From contig SCRN01000009.1 of assembly GCA_004322045.1 (NCBI GenBank), positions 35,949-99,948 of the forward strand: DNA of 64,000 nt, given 5' to 3'. Shown piece by piece: positions 48,930 through 59,655 of this stretch. The DNA is from Paraburkholderia sp. Its GTDB lineage: Bacteria; Pseudomonadota; Gammaproteobacteria; Burkholderiales; Burkholderiaceae. Position 1 is the stretch's first letter. Each line of letters opens with the position of its first letter. Position numbers and translations under genes: made by a program. Under the pieces are notes generated by a model, which was not told the DNA's origin, ran no database searches, and saw nothing but the letters and a program-made list of their open reading frames with translations.

Positions 48930-50222
48930 ATGAGTTTGATGACGAAACTAGGCTTGAGGACATTGCTGGCGTCGTGCCTGATTGCGTCGGCCGGTGCCGC
49001 GCATGCGCAGTTGAACGTGCTCGTAACGGGCGTTGGCTCCACGCAGTACCCCATCGCCACGGCCAATTTCGCAGGGGAAACGAGCGCTCCGCAATCGATC
49101 AGCGAGATCGTTCGCCAGGACTTGCAGCGCAGCGGCAAATTCACCAACATCGACGCGGGCTCCACCCCCGTCTCGGAAAACGACTCGGTCGATCTGGGCG
49201 CATGGAAAGCGAAAGGCGCCAACGCGTTCGTCTCCGGCAGCGTGACGCGCGCCGCGAACGGCCAGTACGATGTTCGATTCCGCCTTTACGACACGGTGAA
49301 GGGGCAAAGCCTGGGTGGCTTGTCGTTTACGACGCCTCAAGACAGCTTGCGCCTCACGGCTCACAAGATCTCCGACTACATCTATCAAAAGCTGCTCGGC
49401 AGCCGTGGCGTATTCGCGACGCGGCTATCGTACGTGATCAAAGTCGGTAGCCGGTATCAACTGCAAATTTCCGATTCGGACGGCCAAGACGCGCATGTCG
49501 CTCTATCTAGCCCGGAGCCGATCATCTCGCCCGCCTGGTCGCCCGACGGCACGAAGGTGGCCTACGTCTCGTTCGAGAAACGCAAGCCGATCGTCTACAT
49601 TCACGACTTGCCCACGGGCCGCCGTGTGATCATCTCCGATCAGAAAGGCAACAATAGCGCGCCCGCATGGTCGCCCGATGGGCACACCGTCGCCGTTGCG
49701 CTCTCGCGCACGGGCAATACGCAGATTTGGGCCGTCAACGCCAACGGCGGCGGCCTGCGCCGCCTGTCGCACAGCACGTCGATCGATACGGAGCCGTTCT
49801 ACTCTCCCGACGGCCAGTGGATCTACTTCACGAGCGATCGAGGCGGCCAACCGCAGATCTACAAGATGCCGGCGGCGGGCGAAAGCGCGGGCGCCGCGCA
49901 GCGCGTGACGTTCACCGGCAGCTACAACACGAGTCCGCGCGTGAGCCCGGACGGCAAGGAACTCGCCTATATCTCGCGCGTCGGCGGAGCGTTCAAGCTT
50001 TATGTCCAGGACCTCCAAACCGGCGTCGCGACGGCCCTGACAGACACCGCACATGACGAATCGCCGAGCTTTGCGGCGAACGGTCAGTACATTCTTTACG
50101 CCACTCAAGTGAACGGCCGTGGCGTGTTGGCTGCGGTTTCGACCGATGGTCGGACCCGGCAAATTCTGTCCGTTCAGGGCGGCAGCGTGCGCGAGCCGTC
50201 TTGGGGTCCTTTTATGCAATGA
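48930..50222 (+). CDS. tolB: Tol-Pal system beta-propeller protein TolB
   Basis: Signal peptide and repeated SP(A)WSPDG propeller motifs. Confidence 0.92.
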   Translation: MSLMTKLGLRTLLASCLIASAGAAHAQLNVLVTGVGSTQYPIATANFAGETSAPQSISEIVRQDLQRSGKFTNIDAGSTPVSENDSVDLGAWKAKGANAFVSGSVTRAANGQYDVRFRLYDTVKGQSLGGLSFTTPQDSLRLTAHKISDYIYQKLLGSRGVFATRLSYVIKVGSRYQLQISDSDGQDAHVALSSPEPIISPAWSPDGTKVAYVSFEKRKPIVYIHDLPTGRRVIISDQKGNNSAPAWSPDGHTVAVALSRTGNTQIWAVNANGGGLRRLSHSTSIDTEPFYSPDGQWIYFTSDRGGQPQIYKMPAAGESAGAAQRVTFTGSYNTSPRVSPDGKELAYISRVGGAFKLYVQDLQTGVATALTDTAHDESPSFAANGQYILYATQVNGRGVLAAVSTDGRTRQILSVQGGSVREPSWGPFMQ

Positions 50223-50241
50223 CACACAAGGAGAGTAAAAA

Positions 50242-50745
50242 ATGATGTCCAAACTTCGTATTGCGTTTGCGGTGATGCTGGTCGGCGCGTTGGCGGCCTG
50301 CCATTCGGGCACGAAGCTCAACGAGAATCCGACACAGGGTGCGGTCGGCACGCAACCGAATCCGAACGCAGTCGCGCCGGTGACCGTTGACGAGCTGAAC
50401 AATCCGAACAGCCCGTTGGCTAAGCGCAGTGTGTATTTCGACTTCGACAGCTACTCGGTCAAGCCGGAATATCAATCGCTGCTGCAAGCGCACGCGACCT
50501 ACCTGAAGAGCCATCCGCAACGCCACGTTCTGATCCAAGGCAATACCGACGAGCGCGGCACGAGCGAGTACAACCTCGCCCTGGGCCAAAAGCGTGCGGA
50601 AGCGGTCAAGCAAGGCCTGGAGACGCTGGGCGTGCAGGATTCGCAAATCGAAGCCGTTAGCCTGGGCAAGGAAAAGCCCCTGGCGACGGGTCACGACGAA
50701 GCCTCGTGGGCGCAAAACCGCCGCGCGGACATCGTCTATCAGTAA
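50242..50745 (+). CDS. pal: peptidoglycan-associated lipoprotein Pal
   Basis: Lipobox LAAC and OmpA-like domain VYFDFDSYSVKPEY...GNTDERGTSEYNLALGQKRA. Confidence 0.92.
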   Translation: MMSKLRIAFAVMLVGALAACHSGTKLNENPTQGAVGTQPNPNAVAPVTVDELNNPNSPLAKRSVYFDFDSYSVKPEYQSLLQAHATYLKSHPQRHVLIQGNTDERGTSEYNLALGQKRAEAVKQGLETLGVQDSQIEAVSLGKEKPLATGHDEASWAQNRRADIVYQ

Positions 50746-50755
50746 TTCGTAACGG

Positions 50756-51517
50756 GTGACAACGCGTATGACGCACCGTTTCTCCTGGCTGCGAGGCACC
50801 GCAGCCGTATGCGTGGCCGCCTCGGCGCTTGTCGCCGGGCCGGCGCACGCGGGCCTGTTCGACGACGACCAGGCGCGCCAAGCCATTCTCGACTTGCGCG
50901 CGAAGACCGACAACCTCACGAGCCAACTGGCGGCCGCGCAGCGCACACTGCTCGATCAGCAGGGGCGCATCGATCAGCTAAACCAGCAGATCGCGACGGT
51001 GCGCGGGCAGAACGAGGATTTGACGAACCAGGTCACCACGCTGCAGAAGCAACAGAAGGACTACTACACCGATCTGGATACGCGGCTCAAGAAGTTCGAG
51101 CCGCAGCAACAGACGGTGGACGGCGTCCAAGGCTCGGTGCAGCCTGGTGAAACGGAGGCGTTCAACGCGGCGTCGCAGCAGTTTCGCAGCGGCGATTACA
51201 AGGGCGCCGCGGCGGCATTTCGCGATTTCGTCGCCAAGTACCCGCAGAGCCCCTACCAGCCGACGGCGCAATACTGGCTCGGCAACGCGCTGTACGCCCT
51301 GCGTGACTACAAGGGATCGACAGCGGTTTGGCAGGGCATCGTGAAGAACTACCCGCAGCACCCGCGCGCCCCCGAAGCGCTGCTCGCGATCGCGAACAAC
51401 CAATTGGAGCAAGGCCAGAAGGCGGCGGCTCGCAAGACGTTGCAGCAGATCGTTTCGCAGTACGCGGGGTCGGACGTGGTGCAAAGCGCGCAGCAAAAGC
51501 TCGCGCAGATTAAGTAA
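50756..51517 (+). CDS. cpoB: cell division coordinator CpoB (YbgF)
   Basis: Signal peptide, coiled-coil and C-terminal TPR region (YQPTAQYWLGNALYALRDY). It is the last gene of the tol-pal cluster. Confidence 0.85.
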   Translation: MTTRMTHRFSWLRGTAAVCVAASALVAGPAHAGLFDDDQARQAILDLRAKTDNLTSQLAAAQRTLLDQQGRIDQLNQQIATVRGQNEDLTNQVTTLQKQQKDYYTDLDTRLKKFEPQQQTVDGVQGSVQPGETEAFNAASQQFRSGDYKGAAAAFRDFVAKYPQSPYQPTAQYWLGNALYALRDYKGSTAVWQGIVKNYPQHPRAPEALLAIANNQLEQGQKAAARKTLQQIVSQYAGSDVVQSAQQKLAQIK

Positions 51518-51548
51518 GCAGGCGAGCGAAGCGCGGGCGTGCATGGTG

Positions 51549-51577
51549 TTGACGATGCCTGACGCCCAAGCTACAAT
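51549..51577 (+). promoter_or_regulatory. sigma-70-type promoter for tRNA-Lys
   Basis: TTGACG (51549-51554), a 17-nt spacer, then TACAAT (51572-51577), about 11 nt upstream of the tRNA 5' end. Confidence 0.5.
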
Positions 51578-51588
51578 CTCGCCTCTTC

Positions 51589-51664
51589 GGGTCGTTAGCT
51601 CAGCTGGTAGAGCAGCGGACTTTTAATCCGTTGGTCACTGGTTCGAATCCAGTACGGCCTACCA
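51589..51664 (+). tRNA. tRNA-Lys (anticodon UUU)
   Basis: 76 nt, GGGTCGTTAGCTCAGCTGGTAGAGCAGCGGACTTTTAATCCGTTGGTCACTGGTTCGAATCCAGTACGGCCTACCA. It folds as a cloverleaf by hand, with anticodon loop CTTTTAA and encoded CCA. Confidence 0.95.
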
Positions 51665-51672
51665 AGAAATTC

Positions 51673-51716
51673 AAGGGCTTACACGCGCGAGCGTCGTAAG
51701 CCCTTTGTCTTTTGTG
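51673..51716 (+). terminator. Rho-independent terminator after tRNA-Lys
   Basis: 10-bp stem AAGGGCTTAC/GTAAGCCCTT followed by TGTCTTTTGTG. Confidence 0.65.
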
Positions 51717-51719
51717 TAA

Positions 51720-51964
51720 TTCCTGTGGAATCGTGCCGGGAAAAGCCCGGCTGCGACCACTGCCTTGATGAAGGGTTTGCGGATGTCTCCGGTATGGCGG
51801 GATTTCGCCGCCGCCGAGGGAAAGAGCCAAGGCGTACCCGGAGCCAGTGCCTCGACGTAGGCCTTCAAGGACGTCGTATCAATAGGAGTCTTGATCCAGC
51901 CTCGACGAATGGGCCTTCTACGCAAAACACCTGCGTGTAAAGAACATCGCCGCATGGACGGCAC
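51720..51964 (-). pseudogene. tyrosine recombinase (phage-type integrase) internal fragment
   Basis: Translation ...TPWLFPSAAAKSRHTGDIRKPFIKAVVAAGL resembles the segment preceding the HxxR catalytic box of integrases. The remaining C-terminus is missing and the ORF tail reads through the tRNA terminator. Confidence 0.4.
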
Positions 51965-52042
51965 GTGAATGCGGTCACTAACGCGCGGAATAGGCCCGTT
52001 GCGATCCGAGCTGAGCTCGCACTCAAGAGAACGATCGCTCGT

Positions 52043-52768
52043 TCAGATGTCCGAGTAGCGCGGCAGCAAGTCCTGATCGACGAGCCGTATCTCGATTCGA
52101 TTGGCGATCTCGACATGCTCTGGATTGTCCGCCGAAAACACGGCATCCGTAACGCTGACGATGATCGTTCCCGTCTGCTTCCGGCCGGCTTCCGGCACTG
52201 GTATTAGCGCGCCCGCCTCGGGCACCTGCTGCGCGGTTACGACCTTGGGCAGGTAAAGCATCCAGCCGACGCCAGGCTTGTCGTCAAATACCTGCTTTTC
52301 AAAGTAGCGTTTCGGCGAGGCCGCGATGACGGACGGGCTGAACGTTGCAACGACCGCGCTGATTACGTCGGCGAGATCGTTGACCGTTCCGTAGCACGCC
52401 GGTGAGCCTATTCGTAGGGAGAGCGTGTCCGGCAAAATCTTCGCATCCGACACGTGGCACGACATCGAAGCGCCTTCATGAGGGTCAGTCTTGCCGTTCC
52501 ATATCGCAGCATGCGAGACCTTGGACTTTTTCCGCCTGTATTCCTCGGTGAGGACGGCAATTGCAGCGGTCGAAGGCGACCCATCGTCGTCGAAAGCTCG
52601 ATAGAGCATCACTTCTTCTAGCGTATCGCCCTTCAAGTACCAGTTCACACGCTCCATGAGGGGGCTTTTGACAGCGAGGATATCCACAATCGCCGACTCG
52701 CCGGAGAGCATTGCCGAAAAATCTCGGGACAGCAGCGACTTATCCCGAAACATTGCGTTAAGTTCCAT
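52043..52768 (-). CDS. hypothetical protein, possible polymorphic-toxin immunity protein (Imm52-like?)
   Basis: 241-aa ORF in an AT-richer segment next to a T6SS gene remnant. The family assignment is recollection-based and weak. Confidence 0.4.
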   Translation of the reverse strand: MELNAMFRDKSLLSRDFSAMLSGESAIVDILAVKSPLMERVNWYLKGDTLEEVMLYRAFDDDGSPSTAAIAVLTEEYRRKKSKVSHAAIWNGKTDPHEGASMSCHVSDAKILPDTLSLRIGSPACYGTVNDLADVISAVVATFSPSVIAASPKRYFEKQVFDDKPGVGWMLYLPKVVTAQQVPEAGALIPVPEAGRKQTGTIIVSVTDAVFSADNPEHVEIANRIEIRLVDQDLLPRYSDI

Positions 52769-52988
52769 GGCTGATTACGGTTGATAGATGGACACGATCC
52801 CCATGCGGGCAAGCAACGGGGCCATTTTGCGTTATCGCTTGAATCGACTGGTCGATGGACGGGTCGTCGACATACCCACCTGCAGGGAGGAGTCGCCCCG
52901 CGATCTTCGGATAGCGCCGTGCGAAGTCCTCGGAATAGCGACGCAAATACGCTAGTTCCCGTTCGTAGTACGGTAGCAAGTCTTCCAT
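52758..52988 (-). pseudogene. tssF: 5' remnant of T6SS baseplate gene tssF
   Basis: MEDLLPYYERELAYLRRYSEDFARRYPKIAGRL...DDP matches the conserved TssF (ImpG/VasA) N-terminus for about 42 residues. It then diverges and stops at 76 aa, whereas full TssF is about 600 aa. Confidence 0.6.
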
Positions 52989-53163
52989 CTATCTCTCAGG
53001 TTCTTTATTGTTTCGTAGACTGCATGCGTCCTAGCAGTGGGGCGCATTATAGGAGTCAGCAGCCTCGGCCCGATTCCCTTGGCCAATAATCAGACGCTTT
53101 TACTCAAGGAACCCTGACGCCTCTAAGCGTCGTCGATACGCGCGTCGCGGGCGGCACGCCGAT

Positions 53164-54072
53164 TCAAACGTCGGCCGTCACCGCATGCTCTTCGGTTTCC
53201 TCCAACGCCCGCAGGAAATGCCGCACGCCCGCCGTCTGCGCGTGTGCGCGCCACAGGACGTGAATCTCGACGACGAGCGGCAACCAGTCCATTGGCTTGA
53301 AGACCACGCCAGGCGGGCTCATGCGCCGCATGCTCGACTGCATGATGGCCAGGCCGAGACCGGCGCTCACGAGCCCGAGCGTCGTCGATACGTGCGCGAC
53401 TTCAAAGCGGATGTCCGGCGCGAAACCGCACGCTGCGCACGCCGCCAAAAATCGCTCGCGCGCCGCCGGGTTGATCGACTTGGGCAGCGCAATCCAAGGC
53501 ATCCCGTCGAGATCGCTCGGCGCGATCGTCTTGCGCGCGGCAAGCGGGTGATCATCCGCCAGCGCCAGGACGAACGGTTCGCTCGTCAACAAGCGGCTCT
53601 GTAGGGATTCGCTGGGCTTGGGCAGGTTGTAGACCAACGCGACGTCGATCAACGAGCGCTCGATCGCATCGATCTGCTCACCCGAGCGCATCGCCGATAA
53701 CTTCAGCGTGACCCGCGGGTGTGCCGAACGAAACCGGCGCAGCGCCGCAGGCAAGCGGCCGTTGTGGATGACGCCTTCGCAATAGCCGATCGAAACCGAA
53801 CACGCCTCGCCCTTGCCTACCTGCCGCGCCCGCTCCTCGATACGCTCGGCCTGGCTCAACAGATCGCGCGCCTGCTCGAGAAAATCGCGCCCGGCCGGCG
53901 TCAGGCGCACGCGCTGTTTGATCCGCTCGAACAACTGAAGGCCTAGTTGATCTTCGAGTTGCCGAATCTGGCGCGAAAGCGGCGACTGCGAGATGTGCAG
54001 GCGCTCCGCCGCCCGCGCCACATGCTCGGTTTCCGCCACGGCCACGAAGTACCGAAGTTGCTGCAGCTCCAT
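53164..54072 (-). CDS. LysR-family transcriptional regulator
   Basis: MELQQLRYFVAVAETEHVARAAERLHISQSPLSRQIRQLE HTH. Divergent from the MFS gene. Confidence 0.85.
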   Translation of the reverse strand: MELQQLRYFVAVAETEHVARAAERLHISQSPLSRQIRQLEDQLGLQLFERIKQRVRLTPAGRDFLEQARDLLSQAERIEERARQVGKGEACSVSIGYCEGVIHNGRLPAALRRFRSAHPRVTLKLSAMRSGEQIDAIERSLIDVALVYNLPKPSESLQSRLLTSEPFVLALADDHPLAARKTIAPSDLDGMPWIALPKSINPAARERFLAACAACGFAPDIRFEVAHVSTTLGLVSAGLGLAIMQSSMRRMSPPGVVFKPMDWLPLVVEIHVLWRAHAQTAGVRHFLRALEETEEHAVTADV

Positions 54073-54243
54073 CGTTATGTCCTTTTGAGCAACATCTCTG
54101 ATCAATTAAGTCTTGGACGGCATTATATCCGGCCGCTAAGCTTTCGCCTGACATCGTCGCATCCGGTCCCGGCATGGCGGCTGAACGAGGCGCTTAGGGC
54201 TCGCCGGTCGCGCTGTGGACCGCAACAAAAGGATTTCATCGAC

Positions 54244-55479
54244 ATGAACCAACCACGCTTTGCCATTCCGCATGGCGTCCTGCTCGTGACGCTCGTCTTG
54301 CTCAGCGCGAGCGGGCTGCTCGCATCCGACATCAACCTCCCCGGCATGCCGCTCGCCGCGCAAGCGTTCGGCACACCCATTTCGGCGCTACAGCGTACGT
54401 TCAGCGTCTACGTCGTCGGACTCGCGCTTGCACAAGCGGTGTACGGCCCGCTGTCCGACGCCTATGGCCGGCGCCGCCTAGTGATCGGCGGGATGGTTCT
54501 CTATACGGTCGCCTCGGTCGCCTGCTCGCTCGCACCGAACGTGACGGCGTTCGGCCTCGCCCGCATCGTCCAGGCATTCGGCGCAGGCGCCGGGATGGTC
54601 ATCGGGCGAGCGATCGTCAGCGACATCTTCGACGCGAAGACGGCCGCGCGCACGTTCACGACCATCATGCCGATCGTCGGTGCTTCGCCCGCGCTCTCCC
54701 CGCTCGTCGGCGGCTATATCACGACCTACGTTTCGTGGCGTGCGCCGTTCTTGTTCACGGCCGCACTAGGCTTGCTCGCCGTCGTGCTGTTGGCCGTCTA
54801 TATCCCCGAGACGGTGCCCAAGTCCAATCGCCACAACGATGTCACGCGCACATTCCGCAGCTATCCAATGTTGCTCGGCCAGCCGCGCTTTTGGTCGTAT
54901 GCGCTCAATTTGTGCGTCGGCTACGCGGCCTATCTCGGCTACCTCGCGGCCTCGCCCGTCATCCTCGTCAGCATGGGCCTGTCGACAAAGGCCATCAGCT
55001 ACTGTTACCTGACGCTGTCGGTCACCTATATTTTCGGGAATCTGACTTCGCGTCATTTCGCCAAAACCCACGGCATCGATCGCTTGCTCGGCGTCGGCTT
55101 CGCCATCCTCGCCGTCGGTGCGGCGTGCTTGCTCGCAGCCGGCCGCCTTGGCGGCATGACGCCCCTGCCGATGATTCTCGCGATATCGGTCGTGACGCTC
55201 GCCAATGGATTCATCGTGCCCCTGTCGTTCGCAGGCGGCGTCACGAGCTTTCCCGACAACGCCGGCGCCGCCTCGGGCCTCATGGGCGCGATGCACCTGA
55301 TGGCGGGTTCGCTCGCAATCTATCTGATCGCCGAGATGCCGGGTACCGTGTCGGCGCTCGCCGGGTTCGTCACCGCCGTTGCCGCGATCGGCTGCGTGGC
55401 GTTCCCCCTGCTCCTGCGCTGGTCCAAGCTGCCGCGCACCGCCGCATCGGTCGCGCGTGCGCCCAAGCAAACCGCGTGA
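54244..55479 (+). CDS. MFS transporter, Bcr/CflA drug-resistance subfamily
   Basis: 12-TM pattern with GPLSDAYGRRR motif A. Start set at ATG 54244. Confidence 0.8.
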   Translation: MNQPRFAIPHGVLLVTLVLLSASGLLASDINLPGMPLAAQAFGTPISALQRTFSVYVVGLALAQAVYGPLSDAYGRRRLVIGGMVLYTVASVACSLAPNVTAFGLARIVQAFGAGAGMVIGRAIVSDIFDAKTAARTFTTIMPIVGASPALSPLVGGYITTYVSWRAPFLFTAALGLLAVVLLAVYIPETVPKSNRHNDVTRTFRSYPMLLGQPRFWSYALNLCVGYAAYLGYLAASPVILVSMGLSTKAISYCYLTLSVTYIFGNLTSRHFAKTHGIDRLLGVGFAILAVGAACLLAAGRLGGMTPLPMILAISVVTLANGFIVPLSFAGGVTSFPDNAGAASGLMGAMHLMAGSLAIYLIAEMPGTVSALAGFVTAVAAIGCVAFPLLLRWSKLPRTAASVARAPKQTA

Positions 55480-55634
55480 GCGTCGCGCTTGGCTTGCGTG
55501 GCTTCGCTTGCAGGTGCCCGGCCTCGTTGGCTGGGCATCTTCATCTAACCAATCGACAGCGGCCTTGCCCGAGATCTGAGCCGTGGTTGGACCAATCTCC
55601 CTGTAAACGGCAGGCGTTGCGTGGGCCTCTCACG

Positions 55635-56336
55635 TCATTTCTTGCTGCGCACGAAGTCGATATGCGTTTGCATCGCCGTGCGCGCTTCTTCCGGCCGGCG
55701 GGCGCAAATCGCCTCGCACAGCATGCGATGTTGCTGCAGCAACATCTCGGATGCACTCTCTTCTTGTTCGCGCAGCCCCGTGCCGTTGGCCGTGATGTGC
55801 TCGCGCAGCACGCCGAGGACGCCCGCATGAAGATGCAAAAACATCGCGTTGTGCGACGCCTTCGCAATCGCTTCGTGCAGTTTGGCGTCGGCCTGGGCCT
55901 CGGCCGCCTTGTCGTCGTCGCGCCGCGCCTGCTCGAGCGTGCGCATCAGCGCGGTGATGGTTCTGATTTCTTCTTTCGTCGCCCGCATCGCGGCAAAGTA
56001 AGCCGTCGCGCCTTCAAGCACGCGGCGAAATTCGAGGATGTCTTCGCGCAGGGCCGGATGGTCGCTGACGAGTTCGCCCCAGGGCGAAGCCACGCTCGTG
56101 CGTAACCGGTCCGTCACGTAAACCCCCGCCCCGCGCCGGCTTTGCAGCAGGTCTCGCGCCGCCAGACGTTGGATCGCTTCGCGGATGGTATTGCGGGAAA
56201 CCGCAAAGCGTTCGGCAAGCGCGCGCTCGGCCGGCAGGCGCGTCCCCGCCGGCCAGGTCCCGTCGAGCAAAGCCGTTTCGAGCCTGCGCATCGTCGCTTC
56301 CACGCGTGAAGCACGCGCGGCTCCGATCTCTCCCAT
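55635..56336 (-). CDS. GntR/FadR-family regulator (LldR/PdhR-like)
   Basis: wHTH LPAERALAERFAVSRNTIREAIQRL plus an FCD-like C-terminus. Divergent from the lut genes. Confidence 0.8.
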   Translation of the reverse strand: MGEIGAARASRVEATMRRLETALLDGTWPAGTRLPAERALAERFAVSRNTIREAIQRLAARDLLQSRRGAGVYVTDRLRTSVASPWGELVSDHPALREDILEFRRVLEGATAYFAAMRATKEEIRTITALMRTLEQARRDDDKAAEAQADAKLHEAIAKASHNAMFLHLHAGVLGVLREHITANGTGLREQEESASEMLLQQHRMLCEAICARRPEEARTAMQTHIDFVRSKK

Positions 56337-56478
56337 CTTCGTCCTCACATCATCGATCTGCCATAGCGGCGCCCGCCGATTGGTCCAACCAATTTGCGCC
56401 CGCTTGCGATTGCGGCAATTATGCGCCGAGACCGCCATCGCCGCGTCCGCCGCACTTCGAATGGCCCAGGAGAGAGAC

Positions 56479-57372
56479 ATGCAGCAACGGCATTACCCCA
56501 CGCGCCGGCCCACCGACGTCTACCTTTTCGCCACCTGTTTGGTCGATCTGTTCGTGCCGCAAGCCGGACTCGATGCGGTGCGCCTGCTCGAGCGCGAAGG
56601 GCTCGTCGTTCATTTTCCGCGGGCGCAAAGCTGCTGCGGCCAACCCGCGTACAGCAGCGGCAATCCCGATCAAGCGCGCGCCGTCGCACGAGCGCAATTG
56701 GACATGTTCAGCGAGCCGTGGCCGATCGTCGTGCCGTCGGGGTCGTGCGCGGGCATGATGCGCCATCATTGGGCGCCCTTGTTCGTCGAGCATCCGGCCG
56801 AAGAGGCGAAGGCCCTGCAATTGGCCGAGCGCGTTTTCGAACTCACCGAATTTCTCGTTCATGTGCTCGAAGTCGACTTCGGCAACGAAGCCACGCCCAC
56901 CCCGCTTGGCGACGAACGCGTGGTCTTGCACACGTCGTGCGCGGCGCGCCGGGAAATGGGCACGCGTGCGCATGGTGTGGCGCTCGTCGATAGCTTGCCG
57001 GGCGTGACGCGCGTCGAGCATGAACGCGAGTCGGAATGCTGCGGCTTCGGCGGCACGTTCTCGCTCAAGCATCCGGATATTTCGGGCGCCATGGTGCGCG
57101 ACAAGGTCGCCTCCGCCTGCGCGACAGGATGCGATCGGCTCGTGTCGGCAGACTGCGGCTGCCTGCTCAACATCGGCCACGCGGCCGAACACGAAGGCGC
57201 GCCGCTCGCCGTCGAGCATTTGGCGAGTTTTCTATGGCGGCGCACCGGCGGCAACGCTCGGGCAGTACGCAGCCCCGATGCCGAGCGTCGGACCGCCCGT
57301 TCCCGCACCGAGCAAACGCCGCCGGCGACGCCGTCGGGTGAGGCCCTGCGCAAGCTGGAGCGTCAATCATGA
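56479..57372 (+). CDS. lutA: (Fe-S)-binding lactate utilization protein LutA
   Basis: Cysteine-rich CCG domains (VYLFATCLVDLF, AQSCCGQPAYSSG, ECCGFGGTF). Confidence 0.8.
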   Translation: MQQRHYPTRRPTDVYLFATCLVDLFVPQAGLDAVRLLEREGLVVHFPRAQSCCGQPAYSSGNPDQARAVARAQLDMFSEPWPIVVPSGSCAGMMRHHWAPLFVEHPAEEAKALQLAERVFELTEFLVHVLEVDFGNEATPTPLGDERVVLHTSCAARREMGTRAHGVALVDSLPGVTRVEHERESECCGFGGTFSLKHPDISGAMVRDKVASACATGCDRLVSADCGCLLNIGHAAEHEGAPLAVEHLASFLWRRTGGNARAVRSPDAERRTARSRTEQTPPATPSGEALRKLERQS

Positions 57373-58088
57373 TCGGCGCACGCGAGCGTATTCTCGGACG
57401 CCTTCGCGCGGCCCAGCCGACGCAGCCGAGCGTTAGCGAAACGCAGTTGGATGGCAGCATCGACGCGCACTACGGCCAATGGGGCGCGTTGCGCGAAGCT
57501 ACGAGTGCCGAGCGCATCGATGCCTTCGAAGCCGCCCTCACGGCTGCGCACGCCGAAGTATGGCGTGCGAGCTCGGCGACCTGGCACGCGCATCTCGCAG
57601 AGCGCATCGCGCAAGCGGGCGTACGGCGCTTGCTGCTGGATGCGGAGCGGCCCGAGGGCGCGGCGCTCGCCGCCGCGTTGCCCGCGACTGTCGAACCGCT
57701 TCCGTTCGCGCAGCCACTCGAACAGTGGAAAGCCGAACTCTTCGATACCGTCGAAGCGGGCTTCACGGTCGCGCGTTCGGGCATCGCCGCAACGGGGACG
57801 CTCGTCCTTTGCCCGGACCGCGGCTCGCCTCGCACGATGTCCCTCGCCCCGCCGCTGCACATCGCCCTCGTCTACGCCGACACGCTGCACCGCGACTTGC
57901 ATGAAGCCGCGCAATCGGAACGCTGGCGTGAAGGTATGCCGACGAACCTCGTGCTCGTCTCCGGCCCGTCGAAAACCTCGGACATTCAACAAACGCTCGC
58001 TTACGGCGCACACGGCCCCCGCATGCTATGGGTCGTCATCGTCACCGACGACGAGGGCGCGGGCCACGCACAAGGAGACGATCGATGA
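57369..58088 (+). CDS. lutC: lactate utilization protein LutC (LUD domain)
   Basis: GIAATGTLVL and VSGPSKTSDIQQTLAYGAHGP motifs. Overlaps lutA by 4 nt. Confidence 0.7.
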   Translation: MIGARERILGRLRAAQPTQPSVSETQLDGSIDAHYGQWGALREATSAERIDAFEAALTAAHAEVWRASSATWHAHLAERIAQAGVRRLLLDAERPEGAALAAALPATVEPLPFAQPLEQWKAELFDTVEAGFTVARSGIAATGTLVLCPDRGSPRTMSLAPPLHIALVYADTLHRDLHEAAQSERWREGMPTNLVLVSGPSKTSDIQQTLAYGAHGPRMLWVVIVTDDEGAGHAQGDDR

Positions 58089-59530
58089 GCACTCAAGCGC
58101 TTCATTTCGTGCCGCCCAGCGACTTCAAGGCACGCGCGCGCGCAGCGCTCGACGATCCGCAGTTGCGCGCCAGCTTTCGCGGCGCGATGGATTTCTTGCA
58201 AGCGAAACGCGCCGTTCAGTTTCCCGATGCCGACGAACTCGAGGCGCTGCGCGATCTGGGCGAAGCCATTCGCCAACATGCGCTCGCACGCCTGCCCGAG
58301 TTGCTGCAGACGCTCGAGACCGCGCTCGTCGCTCGCGGAGTGCGCGTGCATTGGGCCGAGACGCCGGCCGAGGCGAACGCGATCATCCTCGACATCGCAC
58401 GGGCTCATCGCGCCAAACGCATCATCAAAGGCAAATCGATGGCGAGCGAGGAGATCGAACTCAACGATCACCTCGCCGAACACGGCGTGACCTGCACCGA
58501 GTCCGATCTCGGCGAATTCATCGTCCAGTTGGCCGACGAGAAGCCATCGCACATCGTCATGCCCGCGATTCACAAAACCAAGGCCGATATCGCTCACCTG
58601 TTCGAGGCGAAGATCGCCGATGCGGCCTACACCGAGGACGTCGATGCCTTGCTGCAGACGGGCCGGCGCGCGCTGCGCCATGCCTTCGTCGATGCCGACA
58701 TCGGCCTGTCGGGCGTGAACTTCGCGGCAGCCGATACGGGAACGCTCTGGCTCGTCGAGAACGAAGGCAACGGGCGGCTATCGACCACCGTGCCCGACGT
58801 GCATATCGCGCTCATGGGCATCGAGAAAGTCGTGTCCAAGCTCGAACACATCGTGCCGCTCTCGAGCCTGCTCACACGCTCGGCGACGGGCCAGGCCATC
58901 ACCACCTACTTCAACCTGATCTCGGGGCCGCGCCGCGAAGGCGAACGCGACGGGCCGCGTGAGATGCATGTCGTCCTGCTCGACAACGGCCGCACCCAAG
59001 CCTATGCCGACGAGCAATTGCGTGCGACGTTGCAATGCATCCGCTGCGGCGCGTGCATGAACCACTGCCCGGTCTATACGCGCATCGGCGGACACGCTTA
59101 CGGCACGACCTATCCCGGCCCGATCGGCAAGATCATCTCGCCGCATTTGCTCGGGCTCGAGGCGACGGCGGATTTGCCGACCGCATCGTCGCTGTGCGGC
59201 GCCTGCGGCGAAGTCTGCCCCGTGCGCATTCCGATTCCGAAGTTGCTGATTCGGCTGCGCACCGAAGCCAATCGCGCCCCAACCGAAGCCGTGGCGCACC
59301 CGCTGCGCGGGCAAGGCGCGAACTACAGCCAACGCGAGCAAATCGTCTGGCGTTTCTGGCGCGGCGCGTTCGCGCATCCGCGCGTTTATCGATTGTTCCG
59401 CTGGGCGGCAACGCGTCTGTCGGCCTTCACGCCGCGACGGCAGATGGGATGGACGCAGCACCGTACGCCGCTCAAACCCGCGCCGCGCAGCCTCGCCGAT
59501 TTGCTGCGCAGCCGCGGCCAACCCGAATAA
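58085..59530 (+). CDS. lutB: iron-sulfur lactate utilization protein LutB
   Basis: LUD domain plus 4Fe-4S motifs [12 protein letters not shown] and CGACGEVCP. Start set at ATG 58085. Confidence 0.85.
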   Translation: MSTQALHFVPPSDFKARARAALDDPQLRASFRGAMDFLQAKRAVQFPDADELEALRDLGEAIRQHALARLPELLQTLETALVARGVRVHWAETPAEANAIILDIARAHRAKRIIKGKSMASEEIELNDHLAEHGVTCTESDLGEFIVQLADEKPSHIVMPAIHKTKADIAHLFEAKIADAAYTEDVDALLQTGRRALRHAFVDADIGLSGVNFAAADTGTLWLVENEGNGRLSTTVPDVHIALMGIEKVVSKLEHIVPLSSLLTRSATGQAITTYFNLISGPRREGERDGPREMHVVLLDNGRTQAYADEQLRATLQCIRCGACMNHCPVYTRIGGHAYGTTYPGPIGKIISPHLLGLEATADLPTASSLCGACGEVCPVRIPIPKLLIRLRTEANRAPTEAVAHPLRGQGANYSQREQIVWRFWRGAFAHPRVYRLFRWAATRLSAFTPRRQMGWTQHRTPLKPAPRSLADLLRSRGQPE

Positions 59531-59655
59531 CGCGACCGACGCGAACGCGCCCGGCATCCCCGTTCAACGCTCGACGCGTGTCGTCGAACAGGGGCTTGCC
59601 TGTGCGCTCGCCGACGGCGCTCCCGCTTTTTTGTGCATCTTCGGAGGAGACCGAC

